DNA from: Octopus vulgaris
Taxonomy: Eukaryota
Direction of reading: 5' to 3'
Length of the DNA stretch: 64,000 nucleotides
Assembly (NCBI GenBank): GCA_951406725.2
Contig: OX597815.1
Span: 169,260,001 to 169,324,000, forward strand
The stretch's first letter is position 1; each line of letters begins with the position of its first letter. The notes below the pieces were generated by a model, which was given only the letters and a program-made list of their open reading frames with translations, did no database searches and was not told the DNA's origin. A program made the position numbers and the translations under genes. This document shows positions 1 through 13,774 of the stretch, one piece after another.

Positions 1-57
1 GTAGGACTAGACCCCAAACAATATGGCTGGGAAGCAAATTTGATAATAAGAATAATA

Positions 58-235
58 AGCACAAGACCTGGAATTTGGTGAGGGGGAGTTAGTCGATTAC
101 ACCAACCCCTGTACTCAACTGATACTTATTTTATTGATTCTGACTTCAGCAGAATTTGAACTCAGAACATAATGCTAGAATAAATGCCACAGAGCGTTTT
201 GTCCAGAGTGCTAACAATTCTGCCAGCTTGCTACT

Positions 236-274
<39 letters not shown>

Positions 275-481
275 TCTACTATAGGCACAAGGCCAGAAAT
301 TTGGGGGACAGGGATAGTCAATTATATCAACCCCAGTATTCAACTGGTACTTAATTTATTGACCACGAAAGGACATAAGGCAAAGTCGATCTCAACAGAA
401 TTTGAACTCAGAATGTAAAGATGGACGAAATGCTGCTAAGCATTCTGTCCGGCATGCTAACGATTCTGCCAGCTTGCTGCT

Positions 482-527
<46 letters not shown>

Positions 528-730
528 TTCTTTCTAATTTTAGCACAAGGTCATCAATTTTGGGGGGAGAACATTAGTCTTCACTACTAACTCCAGTTTT
601 TGACTAGTAATTTATTGGTCTTAGAAGGATGAAAGGCAAAGTTGACTCTGGCAGGATTTGAACTCAGAATGTAAAAAGTTGGAAGAAATACTACAAGGCA
701 ATTTCTCTGACGCACTAATGATTCTGGCAG
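58..730 (-). mobile_element. Three tandem SINE type A copies separated by (AAT)n
   Basis: GAATTTGAACTCAGAA (or a near match) recurs at ~151, ~398 and ~655; (AAT)n tracts at 238-270 and 484-525. Confidence 0.85.
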
Positions 731-1867
731 CATGAATAATAATAGCAATGATGATGATGATGATGATGACGATGACTAAGCAAGCCAAATAGTTGGTAAT
801 CTAAAAATAGAGTATTTTTTCCCCATTTTATCTATTCTGTATGAAAGATAAATAAATGATGGTAGCTGTTGGTAACTAAAAGATTTTTATGACAGTGCAA
901 TGGAAAAGCCCGAAAATATTTTTATTCATTTAGTCTGGAGTTGTAATCAGAAATATTAAATTAGTTTCATACAGAAGTAGTCACAAGTACAACTAGAATT
1001 TACCATCAGTGTGCTGGTAGTAAATCATAGGCACATGTATGGCTGTGAGGTTAAGAAGCCTGCTTAATAATCAACCATGTAGTTTTGGGTTCAGTTCTAT
1101 TGTGCAGCACCTTGAGCAAGTGTCTTCTACTATAGCCCCGGACTGGCCAAGAGTCTGTGAGTGGATTTAGTAGATAGAAACTGGAAGAAGCTCATCTTCT
1201 GCCCAACCAGCTCCTGCCAAACCATCCAACCCATGCCAGCATGGAAAGTGGATATTAAACGATGATGATGATGATGATGGTGGTGGTGGTTGTAAATGAA
1301 CATGTCTAGCAATGGGGGGAAATATTACCTTTCTAGGAAACAAGGTGAAGGTTGGTGACAGAAAAGGCATCCAGTTAAAGAAAATGTCTCAACAAATTCT
1401 GCCTGATCCATGCAAACATGGAAAAGTGGACATTGAATGATGATGATGTTGAATTGAACCATTATAGGTTTCTGTGTCCATGATTTCATTTGTTCAATTC
1501 TGAACTTTAGATATTTTGATCTTACATTTAAATTTCCAATCTACAATGATTCAGAATCAAGGGTTTCCTTACCTTATTCATGTTTTCATTGTCAAAATAG
1601 ATTTGTAAGTTGTAGTCTTTAACTTTAAACCTAAGGTAATTTTAAATATGTTATCTCAGATTTGAAATCATCAACTTAAATCAAGACAATTGAGTTAACC
1701 AGTTTTAGTCCTTTTTTAAAACCAGATTTCTGTTGGAATACACAACCTTTATTTCAATTAATTTGGAAAATAATGAAAAATATAGTAAAATAACTCATTA
1801 TTAAGTTGATGTTTAGAACATATATTGACATGGAATTTTGATGGGAATGGAAATTGTAGCTGTGATA

Positions 1868-2190
1868 CGTGTGCCGGTGGCACGAAAAAAGCACCATCCA
1901 AATGTGGCCGATGCCAGCGCTGCCTTGACTCGCTTCTGTGCCAGTGGCACGTAAAAAGCACCAACCGATCTTGGCCGCTGCCAGCCTCCCTTGGCACCTA
2001 TGCCGGTGGCACGTAAAAAGCACCCACTACACTCACAGAGTGGTTGGTGTTAGGAAGGGCATCCAGCTGTAGAAACACTGCCAGATCAGACTGGAGCCTG
2101 GTGCAGCCTCCTGGCTTCCCAGACCCCTGTCAAACCGTCCAATCCATGCTAGCATGGAAAACGGACGTTAAACAATGATGATGATGATGA
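1868..2190 (+). mobile_element. RTE 3'-UTR/tail fragment ending in (GAT)n
   Basis: GCCGGTGGCACGTAAAAAGCACC repeats, GAGTGGTTGGTGTTAGGAAGGGCATCCAGCTGTAGAAAC, CCATGCTAGCATGGAAAACGGACGTTAAAC and (GAT)n. Same family at ~21370-21560(-), 26410-26560(+), 41690-41870(-), 53858-54070(+), 60915-60995(+), 62548-62740(+). Confidence 0.85.
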
Positions 2191-4307
2191 ATGATGATCA
2201 CTTTCAAACAAGATGTTTGTATCAGAAAAAAATCAGGTACGGTGAGTTGATACTAAAAGGGTTAACTTAGCGCTAAACAAACAACCACTGTTGTACCCCC
2301 ATTCCTACTATATTTAGTGTTGTTTTTTCCAGTCAAAGTATCAAAACAGTTATACCCTCCCTTATGATATAATTGCTCCATCCCAATGAATGAAGGTAAT
2401 AAACAATGTACAAGTTCAATGAAGAAAACACTTTCATAGTAAAAGGTGACAGAAACTGCTTTAATAGTGTATGAGTGTGTTGCTTAGTAAAGGCTTGCCA
2501 ATCAGGTAGTTAAATATGTTATTGGCAGTGGTCCACATAGTACATTGTATAATTGGTGTACTGTCCCAGATATGTGAGCCATAACTTAATCTAAAATATA
2601 TTTTGCATCTTGTAAATATTTTTTGTTATTCTATTTATGCTTATAAGAATGTGTAAGCTTTAGGCATATATATATATATATATATATATATCAAACATTG
2701 TTTTTTGTATCTATGGAGTGTACATTTATAATCTTAATATATACGGGTCACTGGTCTTTAGTGTGAATCTAATTAAGATAACCTATCTGCTCCTGATTGC
2801 AATAGATGTTATATTAATTAGAATGATGGCGATGATGACACCCTCACGCATATGTTACATCACTTTCTTCTTCCTTAGGCCTTTTACCTCTTATGGAGTT
2901 GTAGGGGTATTAAATAGACAAATAGTATTGCCTTGAGAATTTTAAATTAGTGGAACCAGTCTCTCTCTAGGTTTGAAAACAACTGATTTCTTCCTGAGAG
3001 GGTGAGAAAGGGAGGGAGAGAAGAAAGAATCAACCTCGATACTGGACGGGTATTTTATTTTTTGACCTCACACACAAAAGGAAAAAAACCATGTAAGGCA
3101 AATTTGACAATGCTATGATTTGAGCTCAAAGTGAAGACAGTTGGAATGACCCAGCCAACATACCAACAACAAACTTTACATATATAAAATGGAAGCTATT
3201 AGAAATGTTAAGGACCATCCCAAATGAAACAGACAAACATAACTGAAAGATGAAAAAATTTTAATCCTAATTTTTGAGTCAAAACAGCCTGACAGTAAAT
3301 AACATTCATTTATAAGAAAATGGGTCAGTTTTTTAAACACTGTTTTCTTTGAAACAATTTTTCTTTTAATGGCTTGATATTTATGATACTAAAATCATTT
3401 ATACTTGCTCTCCCGTGTGGATTATATAGCAAACAAGCATTCCAAATATGCTAACAATAACACCCCTTACATTCTCAAGAGAGAATCAAAAGCGCACATT
3501 GTTTAGTTAATGTATAAATAAACTGAAAATACAAGGAAATATTCACTAGCCAACTGGGATTATTATGGTTTTCTTTGCACCAGAGGCAAAGTCTTAGGAA
3601 GCTTAGCATTAAATATACTACCTCTTCTATAGACTCCCAACAAACTTGAGTAGAAACTTTGAATGAAAAGAAGGCAATTATGAATGGAAACCACCCACAA
3701 AAATTCAGTACAAACAGTTGTTATTTTTGTTACTACTTCTTTTAATGACTATCAAATATCAAATCTAAGTCTTAAGAAAAATTCTTCACTGAAAATATCA
3801 AAGTATAAAATTCTGAAAAATCTCTTTAAAACAGAATTTAATTTAGTTTAAAAAGGAAATGTTTTATAATTAAATTGATTTAGAAATTGCTAAATTGGTT
3901 ATAGTCAGACAGCAGTGGCAATAATTGCTTTATATTTTAGCCATTAAAAACATCAAATGTTGAAAATATTTTGAGAACAAAAGAAATAATCAAGAATTAA
4001 TTTCTTTTTAAATATTTCTGTCAGTAATGTAATTAGTTGGTTACTAGTTGCTATGCTCTACTACAAGAAATTTTTCTCAAGCAATTTAAGGTTTCACTTA
4101 AGCCAGAGAATTATTATTATTATTATTATTATCATCATCATCATACTTGTAGTAGCCTTTTATGTTCAAATCTTACCAAGGTCAACTTTGCCTTTCATCC
4201 ATCAAGATGGGTGTAGGAGTGTTGATAAAGTAAAGAATCCTTCTCCCAAAATTGGTGGCCTTGTGCCTATGTTAGAAATCATTGTCATCATCACTGATCA
4301 CTACTAC

Positions 4308-4349
<42 letters not shown>

Positions 4350-4562
4350 GGCAGCGAGCTGGCAGAGCCATTAGCATGATGGATGAAATGCATAGCGGTA
4401 TTTCGCCTGCCGCTATGTTCTGAGTTCAAATTCCACTGAGGTCGGCTTTGCCTTTCATCCTTTCGGGGTCAATAAATTAAGTACCAGTTCAACACTGGAG
4501 TCAATGTAACCAACTCGGCTCCTCCCCCAAAATTTCAGGTCTTGCACCTATAGTAGAAAGGA
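4350..4562 (+). mobile_element. SINE type A variant with (ATT)n tail
   Basis: Same head and core; 3' end CCCCCAAAATTTCAGGTCTTGCACCTATAGTAGAAAGG then (ATT)n. Related copies at 58-236(-), 272-482(-), 530-730(-), 9443-9655(-), 15497-15700(+), 21795-21960(+), 37150-37360(-), 38487-38672(-), 40697-40850(-). Confidence 0.88.
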
Positions 4563-5112
4563 TTATTATTATTATTATTATTGTTGTATGGTTAAAAAGT
4601 ACACTTTAAGAAGTACACTTTCCGACCACATGGCTTCAGGTTCAATCTCACTGCATGGCACTTGGGTAGATTTTTCAACTATAGTCTTAGGTTGACCAAA
4701 TCAAAAGAGGCCCCTCATGCGTGTGTGTGTGTGGGTTTGCGTGTATGTGTTCTCTTGTCTTGACATGGTGTGATAGTTTATAAATGAACACTACTATCCA
4801 AGTGGTGTCTTGAGTTTCCAAACTTCTATGGAAACATGTCCATGGGAAAATGTTACCTTACTTGGAAACAAGTGAAGATTGCTGGCAAGAAAGGAATTTG
4901 GCTGAAGGAAAATTTTGCAAATTTGCCTCAATGAATTCAATCTGACTGACCTAAGCAAGCACAGAAAAGTGAACATTAAATTGACGATGGTAAGATGGAG
5001 TCAGGAACAGTACAATACCATAGTAAATGGTATATACCATTTAGCTACACCATCATCAATTTCCATTCACTTTCCAAGCTGGCAGGTGTGGGAGGGTCCA
5101 TTATATTTCAAG

Positions 5113-5327
5113 TCAGCGAGCTGGCAGAATCATCCACACGCCGGGCGAAATGCGTAGACGAATTTCGTCTGCTGCTACGTTCTGAGATAAAATTCTGCCG
5201 AGGTCAACTTTGCCTTTCATCCTTTCGGGGCCGATAAATTAAGTACCAGTTACACACTGGGGTTGATGTAATTGACTTAATCCGTTTATCTGTCCTTGTT
5301 TGTCCCCTTGTGGGTAGTAAAGAAATA
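5113..5327 (+). mobile_element. SINE type A with TSD
   Basis: Same consensus; direct repeat TATATTTCAAGTCAG at ~5102-5116 and ~5328-5342. Confidence 0.85.
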
Positions 5328-6145
5328 TATATTTCAAGTCAGTTCTTATTTGGTGTTACTGCTCTTTTAGACAAGCTGAGAATTATATCTCATACATTCC
5401 ATTTTTGACACGGTTTCTACAAAAGGAAGACTTCCTAATGCCAGCCAGCTTACAGAGTTGTACAGAGGTTGTATTATCTTGGGCAAGACTGAAGAGTACA
5501 TATCTCTAAGTTCTGAGTCCAAATGCTGACAAGTGTAAATTTGCTTTCTATTCTTTCAGAATTGATAAAATAAATACTGGAAGTTGACTAAACCTCTTCA
5601 CAAACTTTGGTCATGCACAATGAAATTGTATTTTTTGTTGTTGCTATTTTCAAGGCAAGCTTTTCACAGCAAAACCAAGCAGATAGCTGTATTTCCTAGT
5701 GCTTATGGCATGGTTTTATTGTTGCAAATTAGATTATTGCTAAACAATTAGTATGACTCCCTTGTTATTTGTTGTGTTACTAAATCTTGCAAGTTGTAAT
5801 TCAATAACAACTCTCATTGAATATGTGCTGTGGGGGTTGTGCAATATCACTGAAAGGGTCACGCATAAAATATGTTATGTCTAGTAGTGTTAATCTTAGT
5901 TTGTATGAAATATTGTGAATCTTATTTGATTTTACCTGTTTAATTCATGTTATTTGTTTTATCACTGAATCAGGTACTCTATGTACATGTCTTAAAGTTT
6001 TCTCTCCATACTAAAAATGTTTCTCAATTCTGCCTCCTTTAGGTTTCCCTCCCAACCTCCAAACCTTGGTCACAGGAATTAACCTACAGAAATTTTAACC
6101 AACAAGGGAACTAATTCTCTCTCAAATTACACCCTACCATTTTAG

Positions 6146-6367
6146 CCCTTTTAATATCAACCCGCCTGAAACCGTCTCTGGCTCTGTAGTACAAATGTCT
6201 TGTTTTCAAAAGTTCTAAATTAAAATCTTCTACCAAACCTTAGTGACAATTCGTGTTCCTAACATTACTTTAATAATAACTAAGTTATTTTATTAAACTT
6301 TTTGTTATATTTAAAATTAATTGAAAGAAAAACAGAGCATCTCAACAGAAATATGGTAACAAAAGGG
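6146..6367. mobile_element. piggyBac-type MITE (third family)
   Basis: TTAG|CCCTTTTAATATCA ... TGGTAACAAAAGGG|TTAA imperfect TIRs. Confidence 0.6.
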
Positions 6368-9300
6368 TTAAATAAGGAAAAAAAACACATTGGATAGTGT
6401 AGTTTTAGCTATATTTGCCACAAAAGACAAGGAAGTTGTGGATAGAATGCTTTGATCATTGGTCTGCCTTATCAGGATTGATTTGGAGTTAGGCAACACC
6501 AACTTAGAGAAATTCAAGTTTAATATCAATCGTATCAACCTCACTAGTCTGGAAGGCCTACAAAGACTATATGCATTGCTTCCTTCCTTTGGACAATGGG
6601 ATAAAAGAATACTCAGAACACCAATTATTATTGTTATAGTTTATACTCTTATTCCCCAGATTTTGTTCGTTATAATTTTTGGATTTTTCATAGTTTAATG
6701 ATTTTCCCACCTCTTAGATAAGACTGATATGTCTACCTTAACACAAATTTTCTTTCATATCTTTGGTTATAACACTTGGGTGATTTGTTTTGGTTTTCTG
6801 GTTAGTCTGAAAGAGCTCAGAATATATGAAGTGAACTCAATAATCACTCATAATTCTAAGTTATTAGCTCATTTATCCTTCTTTCTTTTTTTTACTGCTT
6901 AGTGAGAGGGATTTTGTTTATGAGTAGAAGGGTGGAAAGAATCCTTAACAAATATAACCATGGGGGCATTACTAAAGGCACTTAAGGATCAGGTTATGTT
7001 AAACCAGTTGATAGATTAAGTTTACCATCCAAGTAGGTCAGTGCAGAATTTGAACTTGGAATGCAAAGAACTGGAACAAATACTGCAAAATATCCTGATA
7101 TTCTAGTGATTATGCAAGTCCATTATTCAGTCCTAGACTGGTATTTTATTTATTGACTCCTGTGGGAAGAAAATCAAAAGTTGATCTCAGTGGGATTTGA
7201 ACTCAGAATGCAAGAAACTGGAATAAATGCTGCAAAGTATTTTGTCTGATGCTTTAATGACTCTGCCAGTCATTAACAAGAATTTAGTTACAACTGCTTT
7301 CATCCCTCTGGGATTGTTAAAATACAATACAATACCAGTCAAGTATTGGGGTTGATATATCTAATGTTCTTTCCCACCAAATTTCTAGTTTTATGCTTGT
7401 GTAAGAAATCAATATTTTAGTAAGATTTCTCTCTCTATATCCTTTTTGAATTACCTCCTTCATTTATATATGTTGTATTCTATCTACTGTACAAGAGATG
7501 TGACTGCAGTGGTGTGAACATATAATGTGAATAGATGATAACCTGCTGAGTGAAAAAGTGAAATGAACTGTGAGTTAATGGCATCTATAGCAGAAGCAGA
7601 TCAAAGAAAACATGGGAAGAAGTGGAACAGCCTGATATGAGAATATGTAGCTTCTCAGACAAGATGTTATAGAATAGAGGAAAATGGTAATTCGTCATAC
7701 TCAAAACCTGACAAACCCATAGCAGCACAGAGAAACTGAAACAATGATGATGATTATCCGAGGAATCTGCCTATCATGCACTTAGGAAGTTTCTACCGAG
7801 AAGTGACACACTGATTAATTTTGAGTCACTTTGCTGTTACATAATGGCACCAAGTCACTGATGAATGAAGCCTGTAGTCTGGTTTTCCCTCCCAAATGGA
7901 ACTAAAACCATTTGTTCCATTGATGCTTTTCCCAAGACCATTGACAGCATTTTAAATTTTCTATAAATCTGATGCTCATGTACCGTTATCGGAATCTTAT
8001 GTACCATTATCATAATTGGTGCAATCTTATTGAATGCAAAAACTAGGTGGGTACAATATAAAACAGGAATTGTAACTTGATGTTCTCAACAGCATCAATA
8101 GAATTGTCATGGTGATTAGGTGGTTACGCTAGTGATGATGATGACTGTATAGAATTAAGCATATCTAATAATGGAAATAGCAATGAAGACAGGGCTTTCA
8201 AATTAACACACAAATGAATTTCTAGTGTTGAAATATACTATTTTCGTGTGTGTCTATGTATGTGTCTGCAAGTCAGATTTTGTATGTGTGTCTCTTGAAG
8301 TGAGTATGCATATGTGTCTACAAGCATGGGAGTGTGTGTGTCTCTTTTAGAGTGAGCATGATGAACATGATATGTGTGTGTGTGTGTATTTATTGGACAG
8401 TGCCTATGTATATGTTGGTTAAATGTGAACATATCTATCTGTCTCTATTTTTTTATCCTTCAAATAAACTTCTGCTTCCTCAGGGGTCTTACAGAATACA
8501 GTCAAGTCCCTACAGTAAATTTTGAGATATTTAGAAAAGAAAATTTCTCCTTTATGCAATTATGCTAGTGGTGGAAGGTTGAATGCTTATTCTTCAGCCT
8601 AAAAAGTTTGAAATGAAGAGGTAAAATTATTTTTTACCTTTCATTGTAGTTAACATGTATCATAGCTTTTAGAATAGATACACTGTTTCCCTGCATATTG
8701 TAAGAGGCAGCTAAAAGGGTTGATACCTTAAAGGGCATCCAACCATAAAATACAGCTTCAGAAAGTCCTGCCTAACCTATACCAAAATGGGAAAGCAGAT
8801 ACTGAAGATAATGAAGAATATCCTGGGATGATATAAAAAAAGTGAGTGAATATCTTCAACAAAACTGCCTTTGTAACTAATCAAAATAGTTTGCAATAGG
8901 TGCAGGAGTGGCTTAGGCACAGGTGTAGCTGAGTGGTAAGAAGTTTGCTTTCCAACTACTGGTCCTGGGTTTGGTCCCACTGTGTGGCACGTTGCGTAAG
9001 TGTCTTCTACTATAGTCCTGAGCTGACCAAAGCTTTGTCAGTGGATTTGATAGACGGAAAATGAAAGAAGCCTGTTGTGAATTTATATATATGTGTGTGT
9101 GTGTGTGTGTGTACATGTGCATTGTATGTATGTATTTGTGTGTGTGTGTGACCACCACTCGACAACCAGTGTTGATTTGTTTATGGTTCCTATAACTTAG
9201 CAGTTCAGCAAAAAGAAACCAATAAAATAAGTTCCAGGCTCAAAAGAATAACTCTCAAGGTGGTGGTGCTGCAGCATGACCGCAATCCAATGACTGAAAC

Positions 9301-10151
9301 AATTGTCTTTGTGACTAATCAAAATAATTCACATTTATAAGGCACTATTATTGAAAGGATAAAAAAAATTCAGAATTGTGAATTTCTTGCAGGCTGATAT
9401 TACCTTGCTAAAATAGTTCTGGATTTAATTACATGATTAATTCTTTCTACTATAGGGACAAGATCTGAAGTTTTGGAAGAGGGGCCTAGTCAATTACATC
9501 AACCCAAGTGCTAAATTGGTACTTACATTCTTGAAGCCAAAAGCATGAAAGGCAAAGTCGACCTCAGTGACATTTGAACTCAGAACGCAAAGATGGATGA
9601 AGTGCCACTAAGCATTTTGTCTGGTGTGCTAACAATTCTGCCAGCTCACCACCTTTATAATTACGCAATTAATGGTAAGAGTGTGGCTACACTTGTTGAC
9701 AAATACAATCCGTGACCTAGCTTCAAAACCTGATTAGGATGTTTACATTTCAATTTACTCTTCAAGACTTTGAAGCTTCCTGCTTAATTAAGAGATCTGC
9801 ATCAGCATTGACATCAATGTACACAAATCAAGATATATATGTGTTTGTTTGTCCATTGTTGAGAGAATACATTCTATGACAGACAGCCAGGTAAGCATAA
9901 TAGGTATACATGTATTGATTCTTGATAACTTCTAATCATTGTTGGTGATGTTGTGTAGCCTTAGGTTAGCCTTGATTGACCAGTATGTTTGTTTTAGGCA
10001 TAGTTTATTTAGAATTAAGTGGATAATTGGCACAGCTGTTAAAGTGTTTGACATAATACTTTATGGTATTTGTTTTGATACTCTATGCTGTGAGTTCAAA
10101 TCAGCCCAACTTTGCCATTTATTCTTTAAAGGTTGATATTAAAAAAAAAAG

Positions 10152-10545
10152 CGACTGTGTGGTAAGTAGCTTGTTTACCAACCACATGGTTCTGGGTTCA
10201 TTCCCACTGTGTGGCACCTTGGGCAAGTGTCTCCTACTATAGCCTTGGGCCAACCAAAGCCTTGTGAGTGGATTTGGTAGACGGAAACTGAAAGAAGTCC
10301 GTTGTATATATGTATACATATGTATATGTATGTGTGTATATGTTTGTGTGTCTATGTTTGTCCCCCCCCCAACATCGCTTGACAACCAATGGTGGTGTGC
10401 TTGCGTCCCCGTAACTTAGCGGTTCGGCAAAAGAGACCGATGTGCTAGGCTTACAAAGAATAAGTCCTGGGGTCAATTTGTTCAACTAAAGGCGGTGCTC
10501 CAGCATGGCCGCAGTTAAATGACTGAAACAAGTAAAAGTAAAAAA
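10152..10545 (+). mobile_element. tRNA-derived SINE type B (CORE-like) with internal microsatellite and tail 1
   Basis: TGTGTGGTAAG...GGTTCATTCCC (B box)...CACCTTGGGCAAGTGTCT (CORE-like)...GGATTTGGTAGACGGAAACTGAAAGAAG, a (TATG)n spacer, and tail ...GGCGGTGCTCCAGCATGGCCGCAG..ATGACTGAAACAAGTAAAAG. Similar copy at 8915-9300(+). Confidence 0.88.
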
Positions 10546-13329
10546 AAGAGTTGGGGATTTGTAGAATTTTCAGAGCATCAAACAGAGTGCCTCGTGGTAT
10601 TTGTTCAGGCTCTGAACATTCTGAGTTCAAATCCTGCCTCGTCAATGGGAGATGGTAACACTTCTGTTGGAAGTTGCAATCTGGTTTGATCCGAAGAATG
10701 ATTGCTACCACACATCTAATACTGCACTATCTGTGTCCTTTCTTCCCATTTTTAAGATGGCAAGGTGTGACACAGATTTAGCTGCTATTTCTAGAAAATC
10801 AAATGAGCACATAGTCTTCTTCATTATATTTGTTGCTTTTACAGTAATTTTTCTTAAAAAACTCAATTACTGCTATCATAATCATAAGCCATCACAATAA
10901 TTATTCTCAGAGGTGTACAAAGGAAGTTAGAATTTCAAGCAAAGTCCACCTTGCTTGAAAACTGAAAGGAAATGCAACTGAAAGAGGTGTAATGATGGTA
11001 TAATTATTAAAAAAAATAAAAATAATAATAATAATAAATAAAATAATAACAGAGAAGGAAAAAATTATTTGAAGCAATATTTTTCTGTATTTACATTCTA
11101 AAATTATTTATGAGAACTTAATGAAAAGGAATGGGTATTAACAATTAAAATATTATTTTGATTAATTCTGTTGAAACATTACTGAACAAACATAAAAACT
11201 ACTGCAAATACTGTTTGAAAAAAGAATTACAGCTTGTAATTTCAGCTGTAATTCCTTAATATTTTTGCTATGTCTTTGAAGAATTAACTGGTCACAAGGT
11301 ATTGCTCCCACCATGGTCAATGTGCTAACTGCGATCAATATTTTCAAATGGGCCTTCATGTTTGAAGGCTACATGCTAGCCACATTAAGAGTTCAGTCCA
11401 TGACCTACATTGGCTTAAACTGGAAGATCAATACAATAACGTTGTTTTGTAAATGACAAAATGTGCTTTAATATTAGCAATTTATGCTATTTATATACTT
11501 GTTATATAATTCAAAGCCAATATCTATTATGAATAGGGAAAAATTATGTAATAATTCTTTTCAGACGAGGTAGGAAAGAATGGCATTTATAACTATCTTT
11601 GTGTGTGTGTGTGAAGGGGAGAGAGAGAGAGACGAGACGAGTGAAATAAAGATTGTGAAAGAGATGAAGAGACAAAAACAAAATAGCCTCAATTAGTAGA
11701 TGCGATGAATTAAAAACAAAAGTCCTTGAGATAACTGTAGGAGAAAAAAAAAATTAATTTAGGTGTTATCAAATCATAAAATAATGTCAGTGTACAATGT
11801 TCAATTCGATGCTATTAGAAAATTTATACCTTCCTACGAGAAGATGGTGTTGGTTTTCTTGTTGCTATGTATTTGTGTACTATAGTACGACACTTGATCA
11901 ATAAGTAGAACATTTCTATCAGATATTAAAACTGTTCGGCTTAAATAAATTTTATTGGCTTCAAGTCAATAAATGAATGGAAAAAATTAGTAAGTTGTGG
12001 ATGGTATTGTTTAACCCAAGCTAACCCTGATCCAGCTGTGTTCACGCTGTCTTTTGGGGGGTAACTAAGACTGCATTATTTCACATGTCTGCCTTTTTTA
12101 AGATGGTAGGTGTGGTTTGAAAGAAATTCAGTGTCTATTTCAAGCAAATTAAACTGTGGCCATGCTGGAGTACTGCCTTTAGCCAAACTAATCGACCCCA
12201 GGACTTATTCTTTGTAAGCCTAGTACTTATTCTATCAGTCTCTTTTGCCAAACCGCTAAGTTACGGGGACGTAAACATACCAACATCACATATATATATA
12301 CATACATACATACATAGACACACACACTACATTTTCCAGCATACAAGTTGAATTTTTCTCAATGAAAATTTACATTAAAAAAAAAAAGTTAGGTTAATTT
12401 ATACACCAAAACAACTTTGGAAGACCCCAAATTCCATGTGAAATGCAGCAAAATTTGGAAAGTGACAAAGTTTGAATATTTAACACTATATACAATATGA
12501 ACTTGTATGCCAGCAAATGCAGTACATATATATGAGTTCAGTAGCTCTCTAAATCTTCCCTTCTTTACATTAAAGATATACATGATATCAGCTCTAACCA
12601 CGTATGACATCACCCTTCATGCTTTCTTTGCATTCTATTGTTTCTCAATGCAAACAAAACTGAGTACATAGCCATCAGTGGCACACAACACAAAAACAAG
12701 AATGTCAGTAACAATAGGGGAGAGAAATTCCTGGTGCAGCATAGTGAAATCCATCTTGGTTGTGACTACTTGAAAAAGTTATTCCACACAAAAATGCTTC
12801 GTCATTCTTTTTATTTATTTTTGTAATAAGGCAGGTAATTTTTTTCTAACAAAGTTTTATATAGCTTCGTCAGCTTAACTCATAGTAATATCCAAATATT
12901 AATAATATGTAAGATACAATAGCATTCTTTTTGTATCGATATTAACAGATATTATACTGAAGTTCTATGACTGAAAGGAGATTCGGTTTTGATATATAAA
13001 TATGGATATAAAAACATCCACATTGGCTTTGCTTAATAAAAAGGAACAATGGCAAAACTATACATTGAAAGAAGAGAACTGTTGGATTAATGAAGAATAA
13101 AGTGAACAAACAATAATATATAATTTTTTTTTTTAGATTTCAGAGATACATGTGAATCAGTTTATTGCTAATATTCATTTTATTAATATTGGACAGATAA
13201 ACGGCAAAGCTGCTTTTAATGAGATTTAAGCTCAGAGATATGAAACACCAATTTCTAAAAAACTAACTACCATCTATATACTAAACACCACTGTCCAAAG
13301 TTAACTGATTATGATAGAAAACCACATAA

Positions 13330-13510
13330 AAAATTTCTGCGATTCTAAACAGATTTTTTTATGAAAGTCAATCATTCTGTTACTCATAATTTTTATAAAC
13401 TATTATAATAAAACTATATAAAAAGTTTGTGTGATTCTAAATGGATTTCTTTTTTGTGAAAAGTCAATTATTCTGTTACACATAAATTTTGTAAACTTTC
13501 AATAAATATA
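13330..13510. repeat. Two-copy ~90-bp diverged tandem repeat
   Basis: GATTCTAAA..GATTT...TGAAA(A)GTCAAT.ATTCTGTTAC.CATAA.TTTT.TAAACT occurs at ~13341 and ~13433. Confidence 0.85.
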
Positions 13511-13543
13511 ACATCATATGAAATGAAAGGAAGAGAAACTCAC

Positions 13544-13774
13544 CCAGGGCGGTTTTCCAAGATTAATGCTGTAGTGGACATTACTTCAATGTCCTTTCTG
13601 GCTCGTGCCGCCACCATTTGGCTGGCTTTCTGTTTAGCATGGTACTCGTCCGAAATTTGCCACGGATTTTTAGGTGTTGACTCTTTTGGAGGAATCCGTC
13701 CAAACAATTTCCAGCCAGGTTCACTTTCGGCTGGAACAATATTTGTAGTGTCCTTGCTGCGACGGAATAAATTC
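13544..13774 (-). CDS. TBC1D12: Internal coding exon of a TBC1D12/TBC1D14-like Rab GTPase-activating protein (segment just N-terminal of the TBC domain)
   Basis: Translation NLFRRSKDTTNIVPAESEPGWKLFGRIPPKESTPKNPWQISDEYHAKQKASQMVAARARKDIEVMSTTALILENRP matches motifs I recall from TBC1D12/14 (RNLFPKR..., PGWKLFGKVPPRE, EPLSTTALILEDRP). Acceptor ttcattactccctccag|G at 13774 and donor CCTGG|gtgagt at 13544; 231 bp, phase 2 at both ends. TBC1D12 versus TBC1D14 cannot be resolved; probably the single invertebrate co-orthologue. Confidence 0.88.

Noticed and set aside
1868-2030. Repeated GTGGCACGTAAAAAGCACC units with spacers, superficially CRISPR-like
   Set aside because: Internal repeats of the RTE 3' UTR, seen again at 27720-27860 and 56880-57100; eukaryotic context, no cas genes.
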